Positions 50,332 to 59,686 are shown, numbered from the stretch's first letter. The stretch is 64,000 bases of DNA from Candidatus Competibacter sp. (GCA_037045685.1 JBAOII010000036.1:18317-82316); one strand, 5' to 3'. The notes: generated from the sequence alone by a model not told the origin. Made by a program: numbers and translations.

Positions 50332-50511
50332 GAATATTGATGAACCTATGATTTTTAAAATATCACTCCAAAATCGAATCGCCCGCAAATCATGATCGAC
50401 TCGCCGGCGCCCGATGGTTCGGGTCCGTCGCCCGACCAGGGTTCGGGCAAAAATGCGGAGAACGACGGGCGGCGAGATCGGGCGGCCGGGGAAACCCCGG
50501 CCGAAAATCGG

Positions 50512-51000
50512 TCAGGTCGTCAGCAGCGACAGGGCGCCGGGGCCGTATTTCGGCACGTTGACGCTGAAATCGGCCCGGCCTTTGACCGCGCCCAGCAGCG
50601 CCTTGGCGTCGGCCGGCAGCTTGCCGGGATCGGGATACAGGGTCGCCAGCTTGAGGTGCGGGGTGTGCTCGGTCATCAGCAGCGTCGAGAGGATGTTCAT
50701 CACCTCGTACAGATTGTCGAGCATGGTCTGCTCCAGCTTCTTGGCCTTGATCGCGTCCTTGGCCACCGCCGCCGGCATCATCGACAGCGCGCAGCCGGCG
50801 TTGGCCGCGAACGGCAGGTCGCAAACGGCGACCGCGACCGGCTTTTCGTGGTCGTCGATGAAGGTCGCGATCAGGTTGCCGGTACCGGGTTTGGTGTCGA
50901 GCGGTTTGCCGGCCGCGACCGGCACGGTGCCGCCGAACAGCATTTCGAGCGTTTGCGTCATCGCCTTTGCGTTGGGTAGAGCGAACGTGGTGGTTGCCAT
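50512..51000 (-). CDS. Hypothetical protein, last gene of the che operon (possibly a divergent CheX/CheC-like fold)
   Basis: 162 aa. Its order of elements resembles CheX (N-terminal helix, LIATFIDD...VAVAVCDLPFAANAGCALSMMP, then ...DNLYEVMNILSTLL), but the conserved ExxN/G motif is degenerate. Confidence 0.4.
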   Translation of the reverse strand: MATTTFALPNAKAMTQTLEMLFGGTVPVAAGKPLDTKPGTGNLIATFIDDHEKPVAVAVCDLPFAANAGCALSMMPAAVAKDAIKAKKLEQTMLDNLYEVMNILSTLLMTEHTPHLKLATLYPDPGKLPADAKALLGAVKGRADFSVNVPKYGPGALSLLTT

Positions 51001-51115
51001 GAGCGTGTGTCCGGGTTGTGGTTTTTGAGGGTTTTAGCGGGTGGCGGAAGCGGGCAGCCGGGGATCGCCGAGACAGCGGACGATCCTGCGGGTTGCCGGA
51101 GCGCGCCGAGGCGGA

Positions 51116-51481
51116 TCATTTCTTGAGAAAGGCATCCAGAACCTTGGCGAAAATCTCGGCGGTGAACGGTTTGGTGATGAGGAACTTGGCGCCCGTCTGG
51201 GCCGCCCGGGACCGCATTTCGGCCGAGGATTCGGTGGTCACGAAACCGAAGGGGATTTTGTAGCCTTCTTCGTTGAGGGCTTGCAGCAGTTCGATCCCGG
51301 ATTTGTTGGGCATGTTCCAGTCCGAGAAAATCAGATCGGGCGGATCCTTGTGAATGACGGCCAGAGCCTCGTTGCCGTCGCCGGCTTGCAGGACTTCCAG
51401 GTTGCCGTAACCCGCCTCGCGCAGGGTGCGCCGGACGATCATGCGCATGGCGCTGCTGTCGTCGACGATCAAAATTTTCAT
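51116..51481 (-). CDS. cheY: Chemotaxis response regulator CheY
   Basis: 121 aa stand-alone receiver: MKILIVDDSSAMR...DLIFSDWNMPNKSGIELL...ITKPF. Confidence 0.85.
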   Translation of the reverse strand: MKILIVDDSSAMRMIVRRTLREAGYGNLEVLQAGDGNEALAVIHKDPPDLIFSDWNMPNKSGIELLQALNEEGYKIPFGFVTTESSAEMRSRAAQTGAKFLITKPFTAEIFAKVLDAFLKK

Positions 51482-51487
51482 ACCGCT

Positions 51488-51961
51488 TTACTCCTGTTCG
51501 AACAAGCTGATCTGTAGGATTTGGCCTTCGCAACGCAGCAAAACTCGCCCGGCCAGCCGGCCGGCCACCGCTATATTGTAATGCTCGGTCACGTCGGGTA
51601 GGGATACGAGAGAAGGCGAGGGCAACAAGCTTTTCAAATTGCTGCCCAGCATGTGGGTCAGCTCGCCGACGGTATCCCGCAGCTCGGTGTCGGTGATGGC
51701 CGACGGCGGGATCTCGAACATGGCCGCCGCCGCCTTGCGGGCGACGGCCTTCGGGCAAACCAGCAGCACGCAGCCTTGCCAGCTCCCGTCGATGGTCACT
51801 CGCCCGGCCAGCAGTCGCTCGCCATCCGGCGGGATGATCGGCAGCCCGTCGTCCCGCTCGATTTCCAGTTCGAGCATGGAGTTCCAGATATTTGCGGCGG
51901 CCTCGTGGAGCACATCCCCCGGCAGCCCTACGAAATTCTGTTCTGGCGCAACTGGTAGCAT
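51488..51961 (-). CDS. cheX: CheX-type CheY-P phosphatase
   Basis: 157 aa from ATG 51961, overlapping the cheR 3' end by 34 nt. ...LAGRVTIDGSWQGCVLLVCPKAVARKAAAAMF...LRDTVGELTHMLGSNLKSLL matches the CheX architecture. The upstream part of ORF 51488..53569 is off-frame overlap. Confidence 0.65.
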   Translation of the reverse strand: MLPVAPEQNFVGLPGDVLHEAAANIWNSMLELEIERDDGLPIIPPDGERLLAGRVTIDGSWQGCVLLVCPKAVARKAAAAMFEIPPSAITDTELRDTVGELTHMLGSNLKSLLPSPSLVSLPDVTEHYNIAVAGRLAGRVLLRCEGQILQISLFEQE

Positions 51962-52782
51962 ACGGTTTTTCCCATGGAAATCGGTTCGAAAGCGGCGTCC
52001 AGATTGAGCGTCGTTTCCGAGGACCCCAAAAACAGATAGCCATCCGGCTTGAGGATGCCGCGCACCCGGGCCAGGATCGCTTTCTTGGTTTCCGGGCCGA
52101 AATAAATCAGCACGTTGCGCATGAAGATCACGTCCAGCTCCGGGAATGGCGGCCAAGCCTCGACCAGGTTGCTCTGCCGGAAATCCACCATGCGCCGGAT
52201 TTCGGATTTGAGCCGCCAGTGCAGGCCCTGCTTGTCGAAATAGCGGGTCAGCAGGGCCGCCGGCAGGCCGCGATTGATTTCGATCTGCGTGTACAAGCCG
52301 TCGCGGGCTCGGGCGAGGACGGCGCCGGACAGATCGGTGGCGAAAATTCGCAGCCGGCCCCTGACCAGATGGGGAAAATGTTCGTGCGCCAGCATCGCGA
52401 CGCTGAAGGGTTCCTGCCCGCTGGAGCAGGCCGCACACCAGATCGCGAGGTGCTGGCCGGGCGTTCGCCTGGCGATCAGGGTGGGGAGAATCGCGGTTTT
52501 GAGGGTTTCGAACGGATGGCCGTCGCGAAAGAACGAAGTTTCGTGCGTGGTCATGGCTTCGACCACTTTGTTCTGGAGGCCGTCGCCCGCGCCGATCCGC
52601 AAGGAGGCGATCAGCTCCCGCAGCGAGGCGAATCCGGTCTGGCGGGCCAGCGGGGTCAGCCGGGTCTCGATCAGATAGGCTTTGTCCGGCTCCAGCACGA
52701 TGGCGGAGTGGCGCCGCACCAAATCGCGGATGTAGTTGAAGTCTTGAGGGCTTAGCGTGCTCATCGGGGCGGGCAAGGGCAA
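51928..52782 (-). CDS. cheR: Chemotaxis protein methyltransferase CheR
   Basis: 284 aa. ...ETSFFRDGHPFETL...LAIWCAACSSGQEPFSVAMLA...VIFMRNVLIYF are CheR N-terminal and SAM-binding motifs. Confidence 0.9.
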   Translation of the reverse strand: MPLPAPMSTLSPQDFNYIRDLVRRHSAIVLEPDKAYLIETRLTPLARQTGFASLRELIASLRIGAGDGLQNKVVEAMTTHETSFFRDGHPFETLKTAILPTLIARRTPGQHLAIWCAACSSGQEPFSVAMLAHEHFPHLVRGRLRIFATDLSGAVLARARDGLYTQIEINRGLPAALLTRYFDKQGLHWRLKSEIRRMVDFRQSNLVEAWPPFPELDVIFMRNVLIYFGPETKKAILARVRGILKPDGYLFLGSSETTLNLDAAFEPISMGKTVCYQLRQNRIS

Positions 52783-52797
52783 GGGTGGGAGCGTCGG

Positions 52798-53970
52798 CTA
52801 GCGGCCCATCCGAACCCGGCTCATGATTTCGCCGGCCAGTTGGGAGAGCGGGATCTGTCCGTCGGCCAGACCGGCCTTCGCCACGAAACCGGGCATGCCC
52901 CACACCACCGAGCTGGCTTCGTCCTGGACCAGGATTTGTCCACCGGCCTTGCGAATCGCCTCGCAGCCCCGCAATCCGTCGTTGCCCATGCCGGTCAGAA
53001 TCACCGCCAGGGTGTTGCCCCGATAAACGTCGGCCACCGACCGGAACAGCACGTCGACCGCCGGCCGGCAGGAATTCTCCGGCTCGCCCTGATGCAATTG
53101 CAGGCGAATCTGGTTGCCTTGCCGTTCCAGCGCCATGTGCGAGCCGCCCGGCGCCACCACGACCTGTCCCGGCCGCAGGATTTCGCCGGCCGCGCCCTCG
53201 GCGACGGCCAAGCTCGATTGGGTGGCGAGGCGCTCCGCCAGCAGCCGGGTAAAAATCGGCGGCATGTGCTGGACGATCAGGATCGGCACCGGGAACGAGG
53301 CCGGCAGCCTGGGCAGCAGCGCGGCCAGCGCGGGCGGGCCTCCGGTGGACACCCCGATCACCACCACGTCCACCCGCTGGCGAATGCGCGGCGGGGCCGG
53401 CAGCGGGCTCGGCCTGGCTTCGGGCTTGAAGGCCGTTGTCCGCTCGAACGGCGCCGGCCCGGCCGTCGGCCGCCCGAACGGCACGAATCCGCCCGGCGTC
53501 CGCCCGCCGGGGGCCGGCTCGGCGGCGGCCGGCGGCTGGACCGGCGGCGGCGCGATGAGGTGGCGGCAAAAGGTCTTGATCCGGGGGATCAGCTCGTCGC
53601 GAACCCGCTGCAAAGAGGCGGCCATGTTGCCGGTGTTGGAGGGCTTGGTCACGTAGTCGTTGGCGCCCCGCGCCAGCGCTTCGAGCGTGACGATCGCTCC
53701 CCGCTCGGTGATCGAGCTGAACATGATGACCGGCAGGCGCGGTTGCCGCTTGCGGATTTCGGTCAGCGTCTCCAGGCCGTCCATCTCGGGCATTTCCACA
53801 TCCAGAATCACCATGTCCGGGTTGATCGCCGCCAGCCGTTCCAGCGCGACCCGGCCGTTGGGAGCTTGGCCGGCGACTTCCAGTTGGGGGTCGCCGGTCA
53901 GCACGTCGGTCAGCAGCCGGCGGATCAGCGCCGAGTCATCGACGAGCATCAAACGTATTTTGTTGGCCAT
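52798..53970 (-). CDS. cheB: Chemotaxis methylesterase/deamidase CheB
   Basis: Start at MANKIRLMLVDDSALIRRLL (ATG 53970). It has a REC domain (VILDVEMPEMDG), a Pro-rich linker and an esterase domain (VVIGVSTGGPPAL...HMPP...GMGNDG). Confidence 0.9.
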   Translation of the reverse strand: MANKIRLMLVDDSALIRRLLTDVLTGDPQLEVAGQAPNGRVALERLAAINPDMVILDVEMPEMDGLETLTEIRKRQPRLPVIMFSSITERGAIVTLEALARGANDYVTKPSNTGNMAASLQRVRDELIPRIKTFCRHLIAPPPVQPPAAAEPAPGGRTPGGFVPFGRPTAGPAPFERTTAFKPEARPSPLPAPPRIRQRVDVVVIGVSTGGPPALAALLPRLPASFPVPILIVQHMPPIFTRLLAERLATQSSLAVAEGAAGEILRPGQVVVAPGGSHMALERQGNQIRLQLHQGEPENSCRPAVDVLFRSVADVYRGNTLAVILTGMGNDGLRGCEAIRKAGGQILVQDEASSVVWGMPGFVAKAGLADGQIPLSQLAGEIMSRVRMGR

Positions 53971-53972
53971 GG

Positions 53973-54344
53973 CTAAGGGGGCGTGATTCCGAGTAAATTG
54001 AGCTTGTCCAACACCGCGTCGCGGGTGAACGGTTTCATGACGTATTCGTCGGCGCCGGCCGCCAGCGCCCTGGCGACTTGGTCGAGTTCCGATTCGGCGG
54101 TCACCATCATCATCGGCAGCGCGCGGTGGGCGTCGTCGGCGCGGACGGCGCGGACGAAATCGCAGCCGTCCATGCCCGGCATTTGCCAGTCGACCAGCAC
54201 CGCCTGGATATCGTCCCGCCCTTGCAGGTGGGCCAGTCCCTCCTCGCCGCCGCCGGCCTCGATCACCTCGAAACCGGAACCGCTCAGGATGCGCCGGAGC
54301 AGCGAACGCATCGCCAGGGAATCGTCGATCACCAGTACGGCCAT
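53973..54344 (-). CDS. CheY-like single-domain response regulator
   Basis: 123 aa: MAVLVIDDSLAMR...VLVDWQMPGMDG...VMKPF. Confidence 0.85.
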   Translation of the reverse strand: MAVLVIDDSLAMRSLLRRILSGSGFEVIEAGGGEEGLAHLQGRDDIQAVLVDWQMPGMDGCDFVRAVRADDAHRALPMMMVTAESELDQVARALAAGADEYVMKPFTRDAVLDKLNLLGITPP

Positions 54345-54376
54345 GGGACAATCTCCAGGATCGCGCGCCGCGCGCT

Positions 54377-56626
54377 TCAGGTCACCGCGCGGATGCCGCC
54401 GCGCCCCGGCCGGTGGCCGGCGTGAAAAGAGGCCGGCTCGTAGCGGAACCGATCGACCAGTTGCTGCAGCTCGACCGCCATGCGGGCCATTTCGCTGGAG
54501 GCGTTGTGAACGTCGTTGGCGCTGCCGAGCGTGCTCTGGGTGGCCTGCGCCACGTTGGTGATGTTCTGGGCGATCTCGGCGCTGCCCCGGGCGGCTTCCG
54601 ACACGCTGCGGCCGATCTCGTTGGTGGTCGCGGTCTGCTGTTCGACCGCGCTGGCGATGGTGATCTGGATGTCGTTGATCTGGTTGATGATCGCGCTGAT
54701 GCCGCCGATGGCGTCCACCGCGCTGCCGGTGTCCATTTGGATGGCCTCGATCTTGCGGCCGATTTCCTCGGTAGCTTTGGCGGTTTCCTTGGCCAGCTCC
54801 TTGACTTCGTTGGCGACCACCGCGAAGCCCTTGCCGGCCTCGCCGGCGCGGGCCGCCTCGATGGTGGCGTTCAAGGCCAGCAGGTGGGTCTGTTCGGCGA
54901 TCGAGGTGATGACCTTGATGATGTTGCCGATGCCGGCGCTGCTCTCGCCCAGCTTGCGCACGGTCGTGTTGGCGCTTTGCGCCATGGTGACCGCCGAGGC
55001 GACCACCTTGGCGGCCTCGGCCGCGTTCAGGGCGATTTCGCGGATGCTGGCGCCCATTTCCTCGGTGGCCGCCGCGACCGCCTCGACGTTGGCGCTGACC
55101 TGATCGGCGGTCGAGGAAGCCATCGTCGCCTTGTGCGAGGCGGCCTCGGCGTTGCCGCCCATCTGGTGGCTGACCATGGTCAGCTCCTCGGCGGCGCCGG
55201 CCAGGGTCTGGGCGGTTTGGCCGATGCGCGCCATGCTGTCGCGCAGGGTGGCGAGCAGTTGGTCCAGCCCCTGGGCCATGCGGTCGATGGTCTCGTTGCC
55301 GGCGACGGCCAGCTCCTGGGTCAGATCGCCTCCGGCCGCCGCGCTGACCGCTTTGAGCATCCGGTCGACCTTGGCTTGCAGCGACTGGGCCTGCTCCTTT
55401 TCGCGCTCTCCCGCTTCCTTGACCATGCGCTCGTTTTTGATTTTATCGGTCGCCAGCTCCCAGGTGATCATCGGTCCCAGATAGGCGCCGTCGCGGTCGC
55501 GAACCGCGCTGAAGTGCAGCTCGCACATCTCGCCGCCCAGCGCGACGGTCGCCCGGTGCGGCAGTTGGGCCGGATCGGCGACCGTTCGCCGCAAGTCGGC
55601 CTGTTGCGGGTAGAGCGCTTCGATCGGCTGGCCGATCAGCCCGGAGACCGGAGCCGGCAACTGCGGCTCCAGCCGGCGCAGCAGCCGTTCCATCGCGGGA
55701 TTCATGTAGCGCAGCCGGAGATCGCGATCCGCGGCCATGATGTTGGAGGGGGTGCTTTGCACCATGGACAGGACTCGGCTTGCTTGCTTGCGCTCTTCCG
55801 CCACCTCGGCCCAGTTGACCTGGTCGGCTTGCAGCACGGAGCGGATGTTTTTCACGGCTTGGTTGAGCGCCCGAGTCATGTTGCCCAACTCGTCGTTGGA
55901 GACTGATGGGCGCTTCGCGGGAAAGGTCGCCGCTGGCCAAGTTGCACGCCAGTTCCAGCACGCCGTTGCACGCTGGTCCGCAAGTTCCCGGCGCAGCCAG
56001 AGGAACAGCGCGAGCAGCGGCAGGGCGAGCGCGGCGACCAGCAGCGATTCGCGCAAGGTCGCGCCGAAGAAGCCGGCCTGCGCCTCGTCGATGTAAACGC
56101 CGGTGGCGAGCACCCATTCCCAGGGCGCGAACTCCCGGGCGTAGCCGATTTTGGAAACCGGTTTGTTGGTCCCCGGCCTCGGCCATTCGTAGGCGACAAA
56201 GCCGCTCCCGTCCCGCCGAGCGGTCTCGGCCAATTCCGCCAGGATAGCGGCCAAGCTGTTGCCGTCGCGGCCGGCGTGGGGCGGCTGGTTTTCCAGTTCC
56301 GGCCGGGCGGCGTGCAGCACCAGCCGCTGGTCCTTGTCCAGCGCCACGAAATACAGATCCTCGCGACGCATGTTGCGGAGGGTTTCGATGGCCAGCTTTT
56401 GGGCCTGTTCGCGGGTGAGGGCGCCGGCCTGTTCCTGCTTGTGGTAGCGATCCAGGATACCGGCGGCCATCTCGACCACGTTGAGGGCCAGGGCCTTGGG
56501 TTCCTCCCGCACGCTCTGCCAGCGCATCCACAGCGACAGGACCATCAGAAGGGCCATGCTGGCGATGGCCCAGCCCACGATCAGGGCCAGCTTGCCGCGC
56601 AGGCTCAAGTTTTTCAGCAGATTCAT
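54377..56626 (-). CDS. Methyl-accepting chemotaxis protein (sCache_2 sensor, TM, aberrant HAMP, PAS, signalling domain)
   Basis: 749 aa. The periplasmic domain ...GSGFVAYEWPRPGTNKPVSKIGYAREFAPWEWVLATGVYIDE is sCache_2-like. It has a PAS-like segment and the highly conserved hairpin IAEQTHLLALNATIEAARAGEAGKGFAVVANEVKELA. The HAMP AS1 region reads abnormally in this frame (see findings). Confidence 0.85.
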   Translation of the reverse strand: MNLLKNLSLRGKLALIVGWAIASMALLMVLSLWMRWQSVREEPKALALNVVEMAAGILDRYHKQEQAGALTREQAQKLAIETLRNMRREDLYFVALDKDQRLVLHAARPELENQPPHAGRDGNSLAAILAELAETARRDGSGFVAYEWPRPGTNKPVSKIGYAREFAPWEWVLATGVYIDEAQAGFFGATLRESLLVAALALPLLALFLWLRRELADQRATACWNWRATWPAATFPAKRPSVSNDELGNMTRALNQAVKNIRSVLQADQVNWAEVAEERKQASRVLSMVQSTPSNIMAADRDLRLRYMNPAMERLLRRLEPQLPAPVSGLIGQPIEALYPQQADLRRTVADPAQLPHRATVALGGEMCELHFSAVRDRDGAYLGPMITWELATDKIKNERMVKEAGEREKEQAQSLQAKVDRMLKAVSAAAGGDLTQELAVAGNETIDRMAQGLDQLLATLRDSMARIGQTAQTLAGAAEELTMVSHQMGGNAEAASHKATMASSTADQVSANVEAVAAATEEMGASIREIALNAAEAAKVVASAVTMAQSANTTVRKLGESSAGIGNIIKVITSIAEQTHLLALNATIEAARAGEAGKGFAVVANEVKELAKETAKATEEIGRKIEAIQMDTGSAVDAIGGISAIINQINDIQITIASAVEQQTATTNEIGRSVSEAARGSAEIAQNITNVAQATQSTLGSANDVHNASSEMARMAVELQQLVDRFRYEPASFHAGHRPGRGGIRAVT

Positions 56627-56691
56627 CGGTGTCGTTCTCCTCGTGGCAATCTGGTTGGGGGTATCTCCGCGGACGGGGACATCCCCCTTCC

Positions 56692-57159
56692 CTACGGTCG
56701 GACGCTCGCTGTACCTTGGTCGCGATTGAGTATGTCCGGGCTGAACAGCTTTTCGACGTTCAGCACCAGCAGCAGGCGACCCTGCAATTTGTAGGCGCCC
56801 CGGATCAGTTCCCGCGCGATGCCCTCCAGGGTGTCGGGCGGATGCTCGAAGCTGACTTCCTCCACTTCCAGCACGTCGCCGATGCGGTCCACCAGCAGGC
56901 TGAAAATGCTCTGCCGGGTCTGGATGACGATGTTGATCGGCAGGCGGTCGTCCGGGCGGTCTTCCACTTGCAGCAGGCGCCGCAAATCGACGGCGGTCAC
57001 GATCTGGCCGCGCAGGTTGATCAGGCCGCGGACCACGCCGGGCGCCAGCGGCACGGGGGTGATCGTCTGGTAGCGGATGACCTCCTGGACTTTTTCGACT
57101 TCGATGCCGAAAAACCGCTCGTTCAGGAAGAAAGTGCAGAGCTGTCGCTGGTCGGCCAC
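56692..57159 (-). CDS. cheW: Chemotaxis coupling protein CheW
   Basis: 155 aa. ...LCTFFLNERFFGIEVEKVQEVI...PGVVRGLINLRGQIVTAVDLR is the CheW-like domain. Confidence 0.9.
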   Translation of the reverse strand: MADQRQLCTFFLNERFFGIEVEKVQEVIRYQTITPVPLAPGVVRGLINLRGQIVTAVDLRRLLQVEDRPDDRLPINIVIQTRQSIFSLLVDRIGDVLEVEEVSFEHPPDTLEGIARELIRGAYKLQGRLLLVLNVEKLFSPDILNRDQGTASVRP

Positions 57160-57163
57160 GGGC

Positions 57164-59578
57164 TCAAGCCTCCTCGGCCAGCGCCAGCAGCGGCGCCACC
57201 TGCTCCAGGAAGCTGCGCACGTCGAACAGCTCGGTCACCCGGCCCTGGATCACCAGGGTGCTGGAGACGCCGGGACGGGTCGAGCGTCCCTTGACTTCGA
57301 ACACGCCCTGGATGATGTCGAGAATCTCGTCCACGATCAGGCCGATCCGGCGCGGGCCGTCGCCGAAGACGATGACTTGCAACAGGCCGGCGTTGGCGTT
57401 GCCGTCGGGTTCCGTGACCCGATCGAAGGATCGGCGCTCGCTGAGGATGTTGCGCAGGTGAATCAGCGGCAATATCTGCCCGCGATACTGGACCACGTCC
57501 ACCTCGCCGGCCCCTTCCACTTGCTCCAGCTCGATTTCTTCCAACCGGGAGACGGGCGCGAGCGGGATGGCCAGCCGGCCGTTGCCGGGGGAGCGGACCA
57601 CCAGCAGGGTCTGGCGGTCGCCTTCGCGGTCCCGGGACCGCAGTTGCGCCGAGACGTTGTGATCGTGGCTGTCGCTCAAGATCCGGGCCTGCTGGGCGAT
57701 CCCCAGCACGTCCAGGATCAGCGCGACCCGGCCGTCGCCCATGATGGTGGCGCCGGCGAAGACCGGGATGTCCTGCAACACCTTGTCGAGCGGCTTGACC
57801 ACGATTTCCTGGGTGTCGTTGATCTGGTCCACCACCAGGCCGAACTGGTGCTGGCCGGCTTGCAGCACCACGATGTTGATGACCCCGGAGGTGGAGGCGC
57901 TGGTCAGGGCCAGCTCCCGGTTGAGATGGACGATCGGCAACAGCTTGCCGCGCAGCCGGTAGACCGGGTTGCTGTGCACGTATTCGATGGCGGTGGCGCG
58001 CTGCTCTTCGTTGACCCGGATCAGCTCCAGCAGGTTGACCTGGGGGATGGCGAAGCGCTGCTTGCCGCTGGTGACGATCAGCGCCGGCACGATGGCCAGG
58101 GTCAGGGGAATGCGGATCTTGAAGGTGGTGCCCTGCCCGAGCTCGCTTTCCAGGTCGATGACGCCGCCGATTTTTTCGATGTTGGTCTTGACCACGTCCA
58201 TGCCGACGCCGCGCCCGGAGATGTTGGTGATCTTTTCGGCGGTGGAAAAGCCCGGCAAGAAGATCAGCCGGCGGATGTCCTGGTCGCTCATGGCGGCGGC
58301 CCGCTCCGGGGTGATCAAGCCCTTTTCGAGCGCCTTGCCGCGCAGCTTGACCGGATTGATGCCGGCGCCGTCGTCGCCGATCTCGATGTGGACCTGCCCG
58401 CCCTCGTGGTAGGCGCGCATCGACAGCCGGCCTTCCTCGGGCTTGCCGGCGGCGCGGCGGGTGGCGGGCAGCTCGACGCCGTGATCGATGGCGTTGCGGA
58501 TCAGATGGGTCAGCGGGTCCTTCATCGCTTCGATCAGGCTCTTGTCCAGCTCGGTTTCCTTGCCTTCCATTTCGACCCGGACCTGCTTGCCGCAACTGAC
58601 CGACAGATCGCGCACCACCCGGGGGAACTTGGCCCAGATGTTGTGGATGGGCTGCATCCGGGTGCGCATGATCCCTTCCTGGAGTTCGCTGGTGATCAGG
58701 TTGAGGCGCTGCGAGGCGGCCAGCAGCGGCGAGTTTTCCTGGAGGACGCTGTATTCGAGAATCTGGTTGCGGGCCAGCACCAGTTCTCCCACCAGATTCA
58801 TCAGCTTGTCCAGCAGCGGCACATCGACCCGAATCGAGCTTTCCGCGATGGTGGGCGGGCCGCCGCCGGACGCTGGAGGCGCGGCGACCCTTTCCGTCGG
58901 CGCGGCGGCGGGCGGTTCGGGCGCGGGCCGCGCCGGTGGGGCGCCGCTGGCCGGACTGGCCGGCGGCTCTGGCTCGGAGAAAAAAAACAGGTTGTCCGGC
59001 AGCGGGGCCGGCGCCGGGACGGGCTTGGGCTCGGCGCGAGCCGCGCTCGTCCCTTTCGGCGGGGCCGGCGGCAGGGGCGGGAGCAGGTCCAGCCCGTGGC
59101 GCGCGGCGTCCGGGCATGAGACGGTCGTCGCCGGGTTTCGGCCGCTATCGGGAGGGGGAGGCGCGGTGGCCGGAATTGGCGCCGGCGCCGGTGGCGCGGC
59201 TCCGCCTTCCTTGAGCCGGTTCAAGGTCTCGATCAAGCCGAGATAGCTTTCCTCGCCGTCGCCTCCCGTGCGCTCGACTTCCCCCAGCATGGTGCGCACC
59301 GCGTCCAGCATGTTCAGCAGGGCGCTGGCGATTTCCCGCGTGAATTGCAGTTTGCCGTCCCGCAGCAGGGATAGCAGGTTTTCGCCGGCGTGAGTCAGCT
59401 TTTCGAGATGGCCGAAGCCGAGGAAACCGCAGGTTCCCTTGATGGTGTGAATGGTGCGAAAGATGCTGGCGAGCGTATCCCGATCATCGGGATTCTGCTC
59501 GAGCATGACGAATTTGGTATCGAGCAGATCCAGACCTTCCAGGCTTTCGGTCAGAAATTCTCTAAGGATGTCATCCAT
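57164..59578 (-). CDS. cheA: Chemotaxis histidine kinase CheA with two C-terminal CheW-like domains
   Basis: 804 aa. Hpt is FRTIHTIKGTCGFLGF. A long Pro/Ala linker replaces a recognisable P2. The dimerisation and HATPase domains carry HLIRNAIDHG, DDGAGI and GRGVGMDVV. The first CheW-like domain is RFAIPQVNLLEL...GDGRVALILDV and the second is RLAIPLAPVSRLEEI...QGRVTELFDV. Confidence 0.9.
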   Translation of the reverse strand: MDDILREFLTESLEGLDLLDTKFVMLEQNPDDRDTLASIFRTIHTIKGTCGFLGFGHLEKLTHAGENLLSLLRDGKLQFTREIASALLNMLDAVRTMLGEVERTGGDGEESYLGLIETLNRLKEGGAAPPAPAPIPATAPPPPDSGRNPATTVSCPDAARHGLDLLPPLPPAPPKGTSAARAEPKPVPAPAPLPDNLFFFSEPEPPASPASGAPPARPAPEPPAAAPTERVAAPPASGGGPPTIAESSIRVDVPLLDKLMNLVGELVLARNQILEYSVLQENSPLLAASQRLNLITSELQEGIMRTRMQPIHNIWAKFPRVVRDLSVSCGKQVRVEMEGKETELDKSLIEAMKDPLTHLIRNAIDHGVELPATRRAAGKPEEGRLSMRAYHEGGQVHIEIGDDGAGINPVKLRGKALEKGLITPERAAAMSDQDIRRLIFLPGFSTAEKITNISGRGVGMDVVKTNIEKIGGVIDLESELGQGTTFKIRIPLTLAIVPALIVTSGKQRFAIPQVNLLELIRVNEEQRATAIEYVHSNPVYRLRGKLLPIVHLNRELALTSASTSGVINIVVLQAGQHQFGLVVDQINDTQEIVVKPLDKVLQDIPVFAGATIMGDGRVALILDVLGIAQQARILSDSHDHNVSAQLRSRDREGDRQTLLVVRSPGNGRLAIPLAPVSRLEEIELEQVEGAGEVDVVQYRGQILPLIHLRNILSERRSFDRVTEPDGNANAGLLQVIVFGDGPRRIGLIVDEILDIIQGVFEVKGRSTRPGVSSTLVIQGRVTELFDVRSFLEQVAPLLALAEEA

Positions 59579-59670
59579 CGCCGATGGGGTCGCTCAATTG
59601 TGACGTAGTGTCCAAAAAGTGAGTAATAACCGGCTAGCGAATCTATTGGCGCGAGCCGGCGATGGCAGTA

Positions 59671-59686
59671 AAGCAATAACCGAACC
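59671..59686 (-). promoter_or_regulatory. Weak sigma-54-like promoter candidate upstream of cheA
   Basis: The minus strand reads TGGTTC-ggtta-TTGCT with correct GG-N10-GC spacing and a perfect -12 element but a poor -24 element. It lies ~95 nt upstream of the cheA ATG. Confidence 0.3.
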
